In this document: in pieces, positions 12,201 through 22,917 of the stretch | How positions within the stretch are numbered: the stretch's first letter is position 1 | Layout: every line of letters starts with the position of its first letter | Origin: Owenia fusiformis | Lineage: Eukaryota | Assembly: GCA_903813345.2 (NCBI GenBank) | Contig: CAIIXF020000001.1 | Span: 13,950,001 to 14,014,000 of the forward strand | Direction of reading: 5' to 3' | DNA length: 64,000 nucleotides | Notes under the pieces: model-generated | The model's input: the letters and a program-made list of their open reading frames with translations, nothing else | Told to the model about the DNA's origin: nothing | The model's database searches: none | Program-made: the position numbers and the translations under genes

Positions 12201-15200
12201 TCTGTCTCAAAATGGTAGTTTTTTTCTGCCGATGTGGCAGCAACTACCGGCCGGAGGTCGGCCGGACATCGGAAGGAATACGGCTTCTGTCTGTCCCACA
12301 TCGGCCGGAGCTCGGTCGGAGCTCGGCCGCTGTCCGTTAAAAAAACCTCGTCCTCTGGTTGTCTCAGATGCACGGGACACCGGTCGATACTCGGCCGTGC
12401 ACCGGCTGTTGGTTTTCCGATGTGGTTATGATGGGGCTGCGATGACATGATGAGGGAGCTCGGTGAGAACCCGGTGAAATTTAACTCCGAAGTTAAAATT
12501 TCACCGAGCTACCACCGATGCGGTTTTAAGCAACAAACGCCACGGATGTCCGGCCGGTGAAAATTGCATCGCTGGCTCATCGTAACCTCATCGGCCGGGC
12601 TATGTGACTAGGCCATTAAGGTATCATTTAATACACTTATTACATTTATGTAGATGTGTCATTATAAAATCACTCAAGGTTATGCAAAATTGTAGTTTAT
12701 ATGTAACAACTTGCTTTCTTCATAATATTTATAATGAAGAATTGAATAGCATTTCAAAAAATAAAAAGTAGTCTATTAGTTACTAGTATTTAAATAAAAA
12801 TTTATTAAACTACATGTATATATAAAAATCCTTTACTGATTTTCAGGTGTGTTTCTTGACTCTAACATCTGTTATGAAACAAGGACTTCGAGTTATCACA
12901 GTGCAGCCCAAATATCAGTTTGTCAACTCATCTCAGCACCCTCTATATGCTGCTTGTTACACTATACCACAGGCTCAAGGCAGAGTATGTAATTTTCTTG
13001 TCGTGTCTGGATGATAGAATTAGCCATCTGAGGTCCAAATTGATCATTTGTATGATTGTATATATATATCTTAGAACAATGTTCTTTAATCATTTCATCA
13101 TAGGATGCGGCTGATAATGCTAATGCCCAGCCACTAACACATGTGCACCTATTTTGTATTCTTTGTATTTACAATGTAAAATAAATAAAAAATGTTGTTT
13201 TGTCAGAGAAAGTGGGAAATATTTGTATATGGCTTCTTTGTTGTACATTCCATTTTACCGTCATGATGATATCACATATGAATTATTTCAGGTGTACTTG
13301 GATCCTAGTCAAAAGGGAACAGATATCACAACAATAGACGGTTCTAATGGTGACACTTCTGCCCCACTACTCTTCTGGACTCTGCCCCATATGAACCAAT
13401 CAGATTTGCCGAGTACAGATACTACAGACTTTGTGCAATATATCATTTTGACCCATGGCCACAAGAGGACTGACATCCCAGAATTCAAGCAATGGAGTTG
13501 GCCAATCAGAATTAAGGACACGGCAAATGGGACTCTGACAACAGTGTCTGTGCCAGGACTATCCTCTGAGACTGATATGACTCCTTATAATATTTCAATG
13601 CATTTGAATGATGGGATCTCATTCATGGTTGCCAGTGTTAATTGTGACTCTGCAATGAAAATCCAGAATAACTGTGATGTTCCACTCAGCTTTGGCCAAT
13701 CTGTCATGACCATCTCACTGCCAGGTAAGAAACATCTCATTTCCAAGAAAATCACCCCTATCCCTCTGATAATGGAAAAACATAGAGACCAACATTTGAA
13801 AAAGCACAAACCATTATGAAGCATATATACTACATGTATATAATTAAAACAATCTGAATAGTCAGCTGTTTCTAAATAAATAAATTTCATGTATTATGTG
13901 TTTTAGCTGGAGGATTAGAATGTTCATTATTCATGTGTCAATATCCAAACGAATAATGTTGACCTCTGTTTTATATTCAGATACTACAGTACATGAAGAG
14001 ATGGAGCTAGTCACTAATCTCCCTGTTGTACCACCCCACAGTGCTATATATTACACCTACCCCCATAGCACACAAACATTCCCAGAGTTACCATCTGGGG
14101 ACACAGGCCCTAGGTTACACTTGAGTGATGGCAAAATGTCATCAAAGAATAAACTATGGAGCCAGGGTATAGATGTCTCTGCTGAACAAGATATGTTTGT
14201 CACAATACCTGATGCTTGCGATGTGAAGGTCCATATCGAGAGATCTGGCTTACGTGTACTTGTGACAATTGATCCAATCAACAGAGCTGAGGTTTCAGCC
14301 AGGGAGATTCGTAGCAGGATTAAAGGCAGGGAAAGTAGTGTAGTAACTGTAGAGTCACCGACAGAGACATTTATTACACCACCTACTACACCTCAAGGTT
14401 CCATCATAGCAAGTGAGGAGAAAATCTCAAGTCGATCTATGACACCTTCGTATATTACACCCCCCACCTCACCTAGGGATAATACACCCCAGAGGTCCTC
14501 TTCCCCGGAGGATACCCAAATACCACCGAAGTCAGCAAAACATGAATCGAAACAGAACAAAGCTAAAACCTTATCACTGTCTTTATCTGCATTTTTCAAA
14601 CAAATTTCAATTGCGTTGAGAAATGAGAAAGAAACTGTGACCACTGAGATCCTACGTGCAAGCTTCGATGAGGTCTCACTGTTCTACTACCCTGTTAAAC
14701 CTGTACAACACTATGGGAAGCCTATAGAGCAGCACAAACAGATCTTAGCAGTTTGTATAGAGAACATACAACTAGACAATCAGCTCTACCCTGAAGGCAG
14801 GTTTGACTTCCCTGTTGTAATGCTACATCAGAACGCAGCCCGATTTGACAACAAAGCACCCATCAGTGACACCTATAAGAAGCTCCAAGAAGTGAAAGAG
14901 AGAAGCCTTGTATTTATGGAAGTGGTTTTCCATGAAGATGAAGGCACCCAAGCTTTATCAGTCCTGGGAGTTGATATCTCAATGCAACCTGTTACTTTGT
15001 TTTTGGAAGACATCTTCGTGTATGACATCATCAAACACCTTGATACATTCATCCCAACTAAGCTGACACGTTCTCCAACAGCCAACAAAAACAAAACTCC
15101 TGCTGTTATTCCAAGAGCTGTGAGATGTGCAGATAGAGGATTGACCCATCCAATAAAGCTAGAATACATCAGGATACAACCAATGAACCTGCTCCTTAGT

Positions 15201-18200
15201 GTACATGCATCATTGAAGCTGTATATCGCATCAGATCAAACTCCATTGAGTTTTGGAAGCTTTGAGAAGAGGAATGTGTACACCAATAGCCAACAGCTGG
15301 TGCAGACTTTGACCATGCATTACGCATCGGGGGCTTTATTTAAGGCAGGGCAGGTTGTAGGGTCTCTAGAAATGTTGGGAAATCCCACTGGACTTCTACG
15401 GAACATTGGAACCGGGGTGGCTGATTTTGTGAGATTGCCCTATGAGGGACTGACTAAGGGTCCTGGAGCATTTGTTAATGGAGTCACACATGGAATGGCA
15501 TCTCTTGTCATGCATATCAGTGCAGGTATATTTAACTTGTGTTGCTTTTTCCATTTCAATTAAAATTATGACATTACCCTCAGCTCTCCCTCTGAACAGA
15601 TGCAAGATCGGGGCCAAATGAAAAGAAAAGAGTGAAGTTCTATGAAATAGTTCAATAGAAATGATTTCAATGGATTCTCATGTACTTTAAAGCTAGTGCA
15701 GTAAATATGTGTAAATGCACACCATTTCTAGTTTAAAAATGGAAGCAAGGACAGCCTTAATGTATGAATTTCATCACGACAGTATACAAAATTATGAGGT
15801 TATATAATGGTTCTTTCTGTATATCGTGTTTATACTCGAGTGAGTAAGTGAGCGTAGCAAACGAGTGAATATATTATATTCTCACGAGAGTATAAAATGC
15901 ACGATATACAGAATGAACCATTATATAATCTTATTATGCCACTCTAAGTTCAATTACAGTTAATTCGAGCACAATCATTTATGACGTGGCTTGATTCTAG
16001 CAAATCATGCCGGAACCATTTATGACGTCACTTGATTCTAGGAAATCATGAAAATTTTCATGATTTTTTTATTCATTAGTTCCCAGAATGCACTTCTACA
16101 GTGGTATACGCTGGAGTGTATACGGAGGAGTTGTATACGATGACGATATACCACTCTCCACTGTATATCGTTGTTATAGACCCATGTTATACAACTGTAA
16201 TTGGACTTAGAGTGGTATAATATACCATATATAAGCAATATGACATTTTTATGATTCTAGGTACACTGACATCTATAACTAACTTTGCATCTAGTGTGTC
16301 TCGCAATATGGAACGTCTCTCCATGGATACAGACCACCAAGAGAGGCTACAAGAGTCCAGAAGGCAACGGCCAGAGAAGGTGACTGATGGTCTTAAACAG
16401 GGTCTCTCTGGCTTTGGGATTAGTTTATTAGGTGAGATATTGGCATTTTTAGCTTATTACATGGGTGGGCTATTGTAATCACCCACTTGTCTGTCCAGCT
16501 GTCTGTTCCCATTATCCATGATGATGGTTCATAGATTTATCATTGCTATATTGCTTAATTGTACAGATTTGATAACCCAGTGATGTCATATGGTCAACAA
16601 CAATGTAAAGTATATCCTTAATCATGAACTATCAGAATGTGGCTGTTAAATGAACTTATATTGCCTGTTTGGCAAAAATGCATGGGATTGAAAATATTAC
16701 TTCTGTACATATACTAATTGCCAGTTTGGCAAAAGTTCATGTGTCCCTGTTTATTAAAGACCAGATCATCTCATCTGATAAACTTTTACTGTTTTCCATA
16801 GGCGCCATAGCAGGAATAGCTGACCAACCAATACAGGAAATGACACGTAGGGGAGACACTGAACGTAGAACCTCTGCCTCTAAGACAGCAGTTGGAGTCG
16901 TGGCAGGGGTGGGCAAAGGTCTCATGGGAGTTGTCACTAAACCTATAGGGGGAGCTGCTGAATTTGTCTCTCAAACTGGCCAAGGTAATACCTTGTACAG
17001 TAAAACCTGTAATACTGAAACACCTCTATAATCTGAACATCTCTTAATCTGAACATTTTTTGAAATATGACACCTGACAGTCTGAACATTTTTGTGCAGT
17101 CCCAGTGGTGTTCATATAAGACAGATTTTACTGTATTTATAAACATTTGCATTTATTCTTCAGGATTTCAACACAATGTCATCTGCTTTGTTGTGTTTGT
17201 TTATTTAGTGGTTATTAATTGCATTGTATAAGTTAGTATTGTTATCATGTGTTCCCTGCAGTGGCTTATCACTAGTTATGACATATGTATGCTTTTAATG
17301 TAGGTTTGCTGCTGGGAGCAGGTCTGTCAAAGTACCCTACTGTTCGATGTGCTACAGACACCGAATATGTGGAAAGCAATATCAACTCTGACACCAAGTA
17401 TCCATGGTAAGTCTATAATGCATTGAAATGTTTAACTAACACTAATGTTGGAGTTGCTTCGTGGTTCTCTGAATCTGTAATACCATCTCCCATACATGTG
17501 TGACATTTCCTGACTAAAATAACAAGTATATGAAATGTAGATGCCTCTTGAATGACAGAAGGCGCTTTAACCTGTTATTACTCAATTTTAGGAAAATGCT
17601 TCAAAATCTGGTGAACACCGATGTAATTATGTCACTGGATGCCAGCCAAACAACATTAAGTGGCAGCCATCTTCCCACAATCCTCCTGCTGACCCAGGAC
17701 ATCCTGTTTGTAGTCGGCTTCCTTGAAGACAGCCAACTGCAGGCATTCTCAGTGACTGAAGTGAACTTAGAGGCCAATACAAAGAATGCAAGTGTCATCT
17801 ATATAAAAGCAAAGGGACAGCCAAATTCTCATGAAAAATCAGAGGTACAGTGGAATTTAAAATGATTTTAATATCTTAAAAAGTGGATTGATTTTAAACA
17901 AATATTTAAAAATAGGATTTGTTAGTACTTTATGTTGTAGACTCTATTGTACTAGTTTCTCTCATTTAGAATCCATTGAATCCTTGGCTTTTGAGGATGT
18001 GAAACTCACTAAGAAATAATACGAAATGATAATAGCTTCAATTAGTGTCCATGGGAGCTTTTGTGTTCTTTTCCCAAAAACTAAATTATATAGTAGCCAA
18101 ATATTTGCTGACACATTAAGGTACATTTTTCCCTACTATTCATATTTTATTTCTAATAATATCCTCATCAAATTATAGTTTAATATTGATAATCACTTTA

Positions 18201-18458
18201 ATGTTTGTCATAATCTTTCAGGTGGACGAGAGTAAGATAAGTAAAGACAGAATTGCAGAGTTCATTGACCACACCTCTGGCTATATTTCCCAAGGTCAGA
18301 GCAGCATCGCCAGTTGTGATAGCCAATCAGATGTCAGCAGCCTCATTCTGGGAAATGGTCGCTATGAATTTCACATCGACCCACGTCTCCGAACATTGTT
18401 TATGGGACAGTTTAAAATTGCCCAGGATAAAATCAACAAAAAAGGTTTTGTGCTTTGA
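6237..18458 (+). CDS. VPS13B: VPS13B (COH1) lipid-transfer protein, C-terminal ~1315 aa in 12 exons; N-terminal exons lie outside the window
   Basis: Exons 6237-6412, 6726-6890, 11188-11554, 11786-11962, 12847-12984, 13292-13724, 13981-15525, 16261-16431, 16802-16984, 17304-17406, 17592-17844 and 18222-18458 (TGA). All GT-AG, phases consistent. VPS13B-like motifs: VLFSPLFVARSRLP..HHLTFQ, IQLDNQLY..GRFDFPVV, LLLSVHASLKLYIASDQTPLSF, MHYASGALFKAGQVVGSLEMLGNPTGL, GTLTSITNFASSVSRNMERLS, GVVTKPIGGAAEFVSQTG. Confidence 0.95.
7316..7514. repeat. Dispersed G/C-tract repeat, copy 2, with a G-run/C-run hairpin
   Basis: gggggggttcgcccgaaccctgcgaacccccccc...tggctacgggcctg; homologous to 1982-2143. Confidence 0.5.
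8023..8476. repeat. Minisatellite, ~82-bp unit, ~5.6 copies
   Basis: Unit ataaggccaccagagtcaaacatagacacctcatatacataataacctggagtatatgacatgacatgacttgacagtaggt starts at 8023, 8115, 8197, 8279, 8361 and 8426. Confidence 0.95.
8897..9726 (+). mobile_element. Helentron/DINE-1-like non-autonomous element with an internal ~135-138-bp tandem array
   Basis: Subterminal IR ATCCCATCGAA (8902-8912) / TTCGATGGGAT (9684-9694). (GTCC/ATCC)n microsatellite at ~8934-8966. Tandem units at 9264, 9399 and 9537. Ends CTAGTT, T-rich flanks. Confidence 0.75.
9977..10482. mobile_element. Unclassified hairpin-plus-IR-module repeat, copy A
   Basis: Palindrome 9998-10101 with apical gagtgagcggagcgaatgag. Second IR pair at 10115-10129 / 10459-10473. 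cagaatat at both ends. Confidence 0.55.
10597..10645. mobile_element. 49-bp micro-MITE with TAG termini and 9-bp TSD
   Basis: Perfect 20-bp IR TAGCCTTGCCCCAAGTCGGT with a 9-bp loop. GATATTAGA duplicated at 10588-10596 and 10646-10654. Confidence 0.85.
11958..12651 (+). repeat. Three copies of a ~37-bp unit containing a VPS13B 5' splice site; third copy displaced by a MITE
   Basis: ag|gtatcatttaataca(t/c)ttattacatttatgt with the GT at 11963, 12000 and 12621. Confidence 0.85.
12035..12615. mobile_element. PIF/Harbinger-type GC-rich MITE
   Basis: 27-bp perfect TIR TGGCCTAGTCACATAGCCCGGCCGATG. TTA TSD at 12032-12034 and 12616-12618. Confidence 0.85.
15800..16234. mobile_element. Unclassified hairpin-plus-IR-module repeat, copy B
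   Basis: Palindrome 15800-15928 with apical gtgagcgtagcaaacgagtg. IR pair at ~15931-15961 / ~16193-16222. tatataa at the left end, the junction and the right end. Confidence 0.6.
16998..17133. mobile_element. Tc1/pogo-like MITE (CAGTAAAACCTGT termini, TA TSD)
   Basis: ta|cagtaaaacctgt ... acagattttactg|ta, starting 13 bp after a VPS13B exon. Confidence 0.7.
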
Positions 18459-18481
18459 AGCAGGATAGTGACGATTGAAAT

Positions 18482-18960
18482 CATAGATCCCGGCCAGATT
18501 CTTTTGTAGTAGGATCAGTAGCTCAATAATATTTCCTCAAGATGAGACACCTCAGAAAAATTCAAATTTTAAAATGACGATTCTGGAGCCATTTCTGAAA
18601 AATATGAGACAAATCATACCTCATTCGAAGGGTCTTGTTATTCTTTACCTTTTTTATCACCAATGGCCGTTATTCAAGCAATACTGCGTTGATAAGAGGC
18701 CAAAACAGTGATATTTTATCGCCGGACTCTTGTCTGTCCAAACCTGAATGTTGCTCCCGTGGTTCCAGAAATGTGACGTCATCATTACAATGATATTTGG
18801 ACACACAAGAGTCCGGATTTCGTGAAAAATATTCGCCGTATTGAAAGTCAAATAACTGCATCCATAGGTTACTGTATTTACTCGAACCAAACAAGTAGAA
18901 ATAGATGATGTGATGATGTGCCTATGATCCTACTACAAAACGATCTGGCCAATATCTCTG
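18482..18960. mobile_element. MITE with CA termini and 8-bp TSD (P/hAT type) in the VPS13B 3' UTR
   Basis: Imperfect ~35-bp TIR catagatcccggccagattcttttgtagtaggatc / gatcctactacaaaacgatctggccaatatctctg. ATTGAAAT duplicated at 18474-18481 and 18961-18968. Confidence 0.85.
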
Positions 18961-19044
18961 ATTGAAATAGTGAAACAGTTGCAGTATGAAGTTCACTTTA
19001 GACATGTTGTCTGAGGTGTGCTTATATGGTGTTAATGTTTAATT

Positions 19045-19610
19045 TATTATGTCACCACCACAAATGGTGACATGTTGTTATAGTGTCCAATTTTTTTGGT
19101 CGGTGTTTGGCAGTTGGTGTTTGCCATTTGGTGTTTGGCATCTGTAAAATATGGTATTCGGTGGGTGGCATCTGGGGCAGGTGGTGACATTTTGCATGTG
19201 AATGCTTTGTTTATTATGTCACCACCATAAAGTCAAGTCAAACATGGAGTGGCATATCTTGCCATGCATATCAAATATGCAAACATATTGTTATAGCCAC
19301 CAATTTTGTGACTGATGTTTGGTGTCATTCTTGTATGTTACATTTGCAGGTGATGACATTTACTCATATAATTGCCTTTTTTTCAGTGAGCTTGTTTGTT
19401 AACATACAATGCATAATTTAGTGAAAGTGAAATAACCAGTTTGTTTTAGAGTTCTTGCACATTGTTTTTTTATGTCACCATCAGAAGTGGTGGCATATTG
19501 TTGGAGTTTCCAACTTTTTTTGTGGTCGGCATTTGATGCTCTGCGGTTGGTGTTTAGTGTCTGTAACAAATGGCAAGTGGTGACATTTTGCATGTTAATG
19601 CCTCGTTTAT
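19045..19610 (+). mobile_element. Three clustered copies of a short (~150-170 bp) Helentron/DINE-like element
   Basis: Each copy: ttatgtcaccac..ggtgacat hairpin, (ttggtgt)-like core, gtggtgacattttgcatgttaatgc..tgttt. Further copies in reverse orientation at ~44845-44940, ~45830-45942, ~56849-56992, ~60798-60972 and ~62935-63085. Confidence 0.7.
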
Positions 19611-21058
19611 TTAAGAAATAGGTGCAATGCAGTTTCTGCATTGTTCATGCATTGGATTAACCTCATTCGTCTTAATTAAAGATTCTATGTTAAAATAATG
19701 GCACATATATGAGCCTACAGAGTTCTTGATCTATGACACAGTTTACAATTAATATTCCCATTATATTGCAGTATTTGAAGAAATGATATTAAATGCTAAA
19801 CCACAATATGTACAGGTATATAAGATATATAATATATACGGTACATAGGAGGTATTCGGACATGTAGCTTTATAATGATTTGCATTGGTGCCAAATGCAT
19901 GTGTACTGAGGTAATATTATAGAATTACAAGAATGTACAGATTATGGTGAATAATAATAAGGTACTTGATCATTGTTAATATTTCTGGTGGCAGGTTACA
20001 CCATTATATTATTTAATAATAATAAATAAGTTGTTGAAAGGGATAAATCATGATTGTTGTTGAATTTCAAAGGTGGAAAAATATGTTGCTGTAAAATATG
20101 AAACAAATCTGACATTATTATGGGTTTCAGTTCTTCTTTTACTTTCATTCCGCTTCCCTAGTATCAACACATTCACACCAAGAATGTGGATGTAGATTTT
20201 TTCATCAAGATATCCCTGAGAAACATATCATTCAATAGAATTTAATACAAACAAATGAAAATTTGTGATTTTAAACATTCCGTAATGAATGAAATGTCCA
20301 TTGGTGTTCTGGTCCTGAATTGTGATAATGGAATTTAATGGCAGGGGAGGGGGTATTAGACAATGTTTTTTTTCATGTTGGATTATGGTTTGGGATAGTT
20401 GGGGTTTGTTTTGCAGATGACTTGTATACACTTGGGTGTTTTTTCTTGCTGTGTTCTGTATTCAATGTTGGTATTTTCCCTTTGGCACATGTACATACAT
20501 ACCTTCTCACATTGTGATGTGAATTGGATATTCTACATTGAGGAGATTAAAACACATCAAAATAACAGAAGTGAAAATTTGTGATTTCAAACATTCCTTG
20601 TTGGAAAATATTTATTTAGTTTGTACATATTACATACAGATTCATCTGACATACCATTTTGAAATACAAATCTTAATAAAAAGGATATAGTGTGCTTTTG
20701 GATCTTTGAGCAACTTCAATCTTATATTATTAAGTTCCAAATTCATATCATATGTTATAGATTCATTTTATGTTGAATATGTAAAATGATAAAATCACAA
20801 ATTCGTTAAATAATTACGACTAGACTTCCACATTCAAAGTTGAACATTACTTTATCAACTATAAATACATCACTTCGCCAACTCAAATAAATAAAATATT
20901 AAAACAAATATATTAATATCATTCAAAAAGAATGAAACAAATATAGAACAATAAATTAATAAATACAGAAGGAACCGATCATTTTATTCCAGCAGTGATG
21001 TGCTTGAAGAAAATGACAGGTCCCCTTATGGCAAATTAATATCCCAGATAGCTCTTAA

Positions 21059-21509
21059 AAGCCCTGTGATATCTTACAAGCCTAATTGACATTCTATTGT
21101 CAATGTGGATATTACACACACAGCAAAATCAAGACTTGGGTTCTTAAATGATGACAACAATATGCTATACAGATTTCTTTTTTTGTATTTCATTTCACAT
21201 GGGTCACAGGGAAGACTTAGTGCTATTCTAGGAGGGGGTGGGGGTAGCATCTTCACTTTGTAAGCTAATGTTCAAGATGTTAACACAGATATACATACAA
21301 GGGAGTAAATGAAGCATAGCAATGATTTATTTGAGACAGAATCCACTATTTCCCTTCTGTGACCCATGTGAGATGACAGAACCATAGTTTGGGCAACCCA
21401 GTGCCATTTCACCACAATAAGTAGACTTGCTAGGCAACACCCCATAGTCACTTTATACAGTGCAATATGTCATTGTTCTACACTGATGGGTCATGGTATA
21501 ACAGGGCTT
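21059..21509. mobile_element. Old TTAA-flanked MITE (Kolobok-like)
   Basis: TTAA|AAGCCCTGT ... ACAGGGCTT|TTAA, plus an internal inverted pair at ~21191-21214 / ~21354-21375. Confidence 0.55.
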
Positions 21510-21870
21510 TTAAACGAATTGCTTCTATGATGGTTATTCCTTCAGATATATAACATGTATGTTTTAGTTTTGCATCAAGGCCCTATACTCCTCCACTCAC
21601 GTTATACATAACAGTTACCTCAAAAGACAGAACTAGTTATGAGTGATGAGATGAGTGATTGGTGAGCCTCTTTCATAACCAATATCAGCCAGAGTTGATT
21701 GGTCATTGCAAAACTGTTTCAGGGAATTGCTATAGTGATGTATAAGAGACTTTATGTAGAACTAAAAAATCCATTTACATGTTGAACTCACAAACCTCTT
21801 GATAGACATTAGACAATTACTGGAGTAGTGTTTGTAGTTGAAATTCTTTTGAAGAAATAAAATCAAAGTC

Positions 21871-22043
21871 CAGAAAACCTGTAAAGTGGAACTCCTCTGT
21901 AAGTGGAACACCTCCACATGTGTACCACTTTTCAGGGTCTCTTGACCAATTGATGAAATGTTAAATGAACCTCTGTAAGTAGAACACCTCCCAAGTGGAA
22001 CACTAGAGGTACCAATGGTGTTCCACTTACACAGGTTTTACTG
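21871..22043. mobile_element. Tc1/pogo-like MITE (degenerate)
   Basis: cagaaaacctgtaaagtggaa ... ttccacttacacaggttttactg|ta. Related degenerate copies at ~6440-6548 and ~60590-60705. Confidence 0.6.
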
Positions 22044-22917
22044 TATTACAAAGGATAGATTATGTTATGCTTTTACCCTTTTAGTGAGTTCAAGATGCAA
22101 ATGGAAATAAGATATTTCAATGTTGTTAAGGGTAACTCAATATCACCTTGACTTGGTATGTTTAAAAATCACAACAAATGACTGGACGATCTTCCAATCT
22201 TGAGAGCCTATAAATAAAATGGAAATTAAAGGTAGAATCAGAAATCGAAGGGGGGCATCTGTCCCAAACATGGGGTCATATTCAAGTCATGTCTCTTTTC
22301 TTGAAGTTTTCAAGAAAGTTACATGAAGTTCATACCTATTTCATTTGACTTTTTTTTGTAAATGTATTCAAGCCATATTTGTAATTCAACAACACCAATC
22401 TTCATGTTTATATCAAAGTGCAATGTTGTACCTTGCTAATACAGCTTAAATTATATATCTTATTGTGACATATTATACATATACATAAATCTGTTTGGGT
22501 TGGTAGAAAACCAACCAGTTGGTGAATTCAAAATGTAGCTTGTTATCATTTTTCTTGTCTTAGAATTACATATTCTACCTTTAAAATGTTTAAGTCACTC
22601 CTGAAGGAGTATGACAAAACCCCTCCCACTCAATACATCTGTATAAACTAGGAAGACTGGGGCAAAAGGGTAGAGTCCACTATAAAGTAATGCTAACATC
22701 TAGTAACATCAAACAAAGCTGAATAGTAGCTACTTGCATTCCTAGACTCCAGCATCCCTTACTGAACTCAAATATCAAAATTTGCTTATCACATTGTCAA
22801 ATATTGTAATGGCTGACTTGCCTACCGAAAGAATAGTGCATTGGTCACCTGACTAGGCTGACTAGCTCACCGAATTATTAAAATCTCAAGTCGGGTTTTT
22901 ACACCAGTTTGTAATAT

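Noticed and set aside
12082-12450. GC-rich ORFs on both strands
   Set aside because: They lie inside a Harbinger-type MITE. High GC explains the lack of stops, and there is no transposase motif.
19900-21000. Overlapping 3' ends of convergent VPS13B and SOGA-like transcripts
   Set aside because: Several AATAAA candidates occur in very AT-rich sequence; poly(A) sites cannot be assigned from sequence alone.
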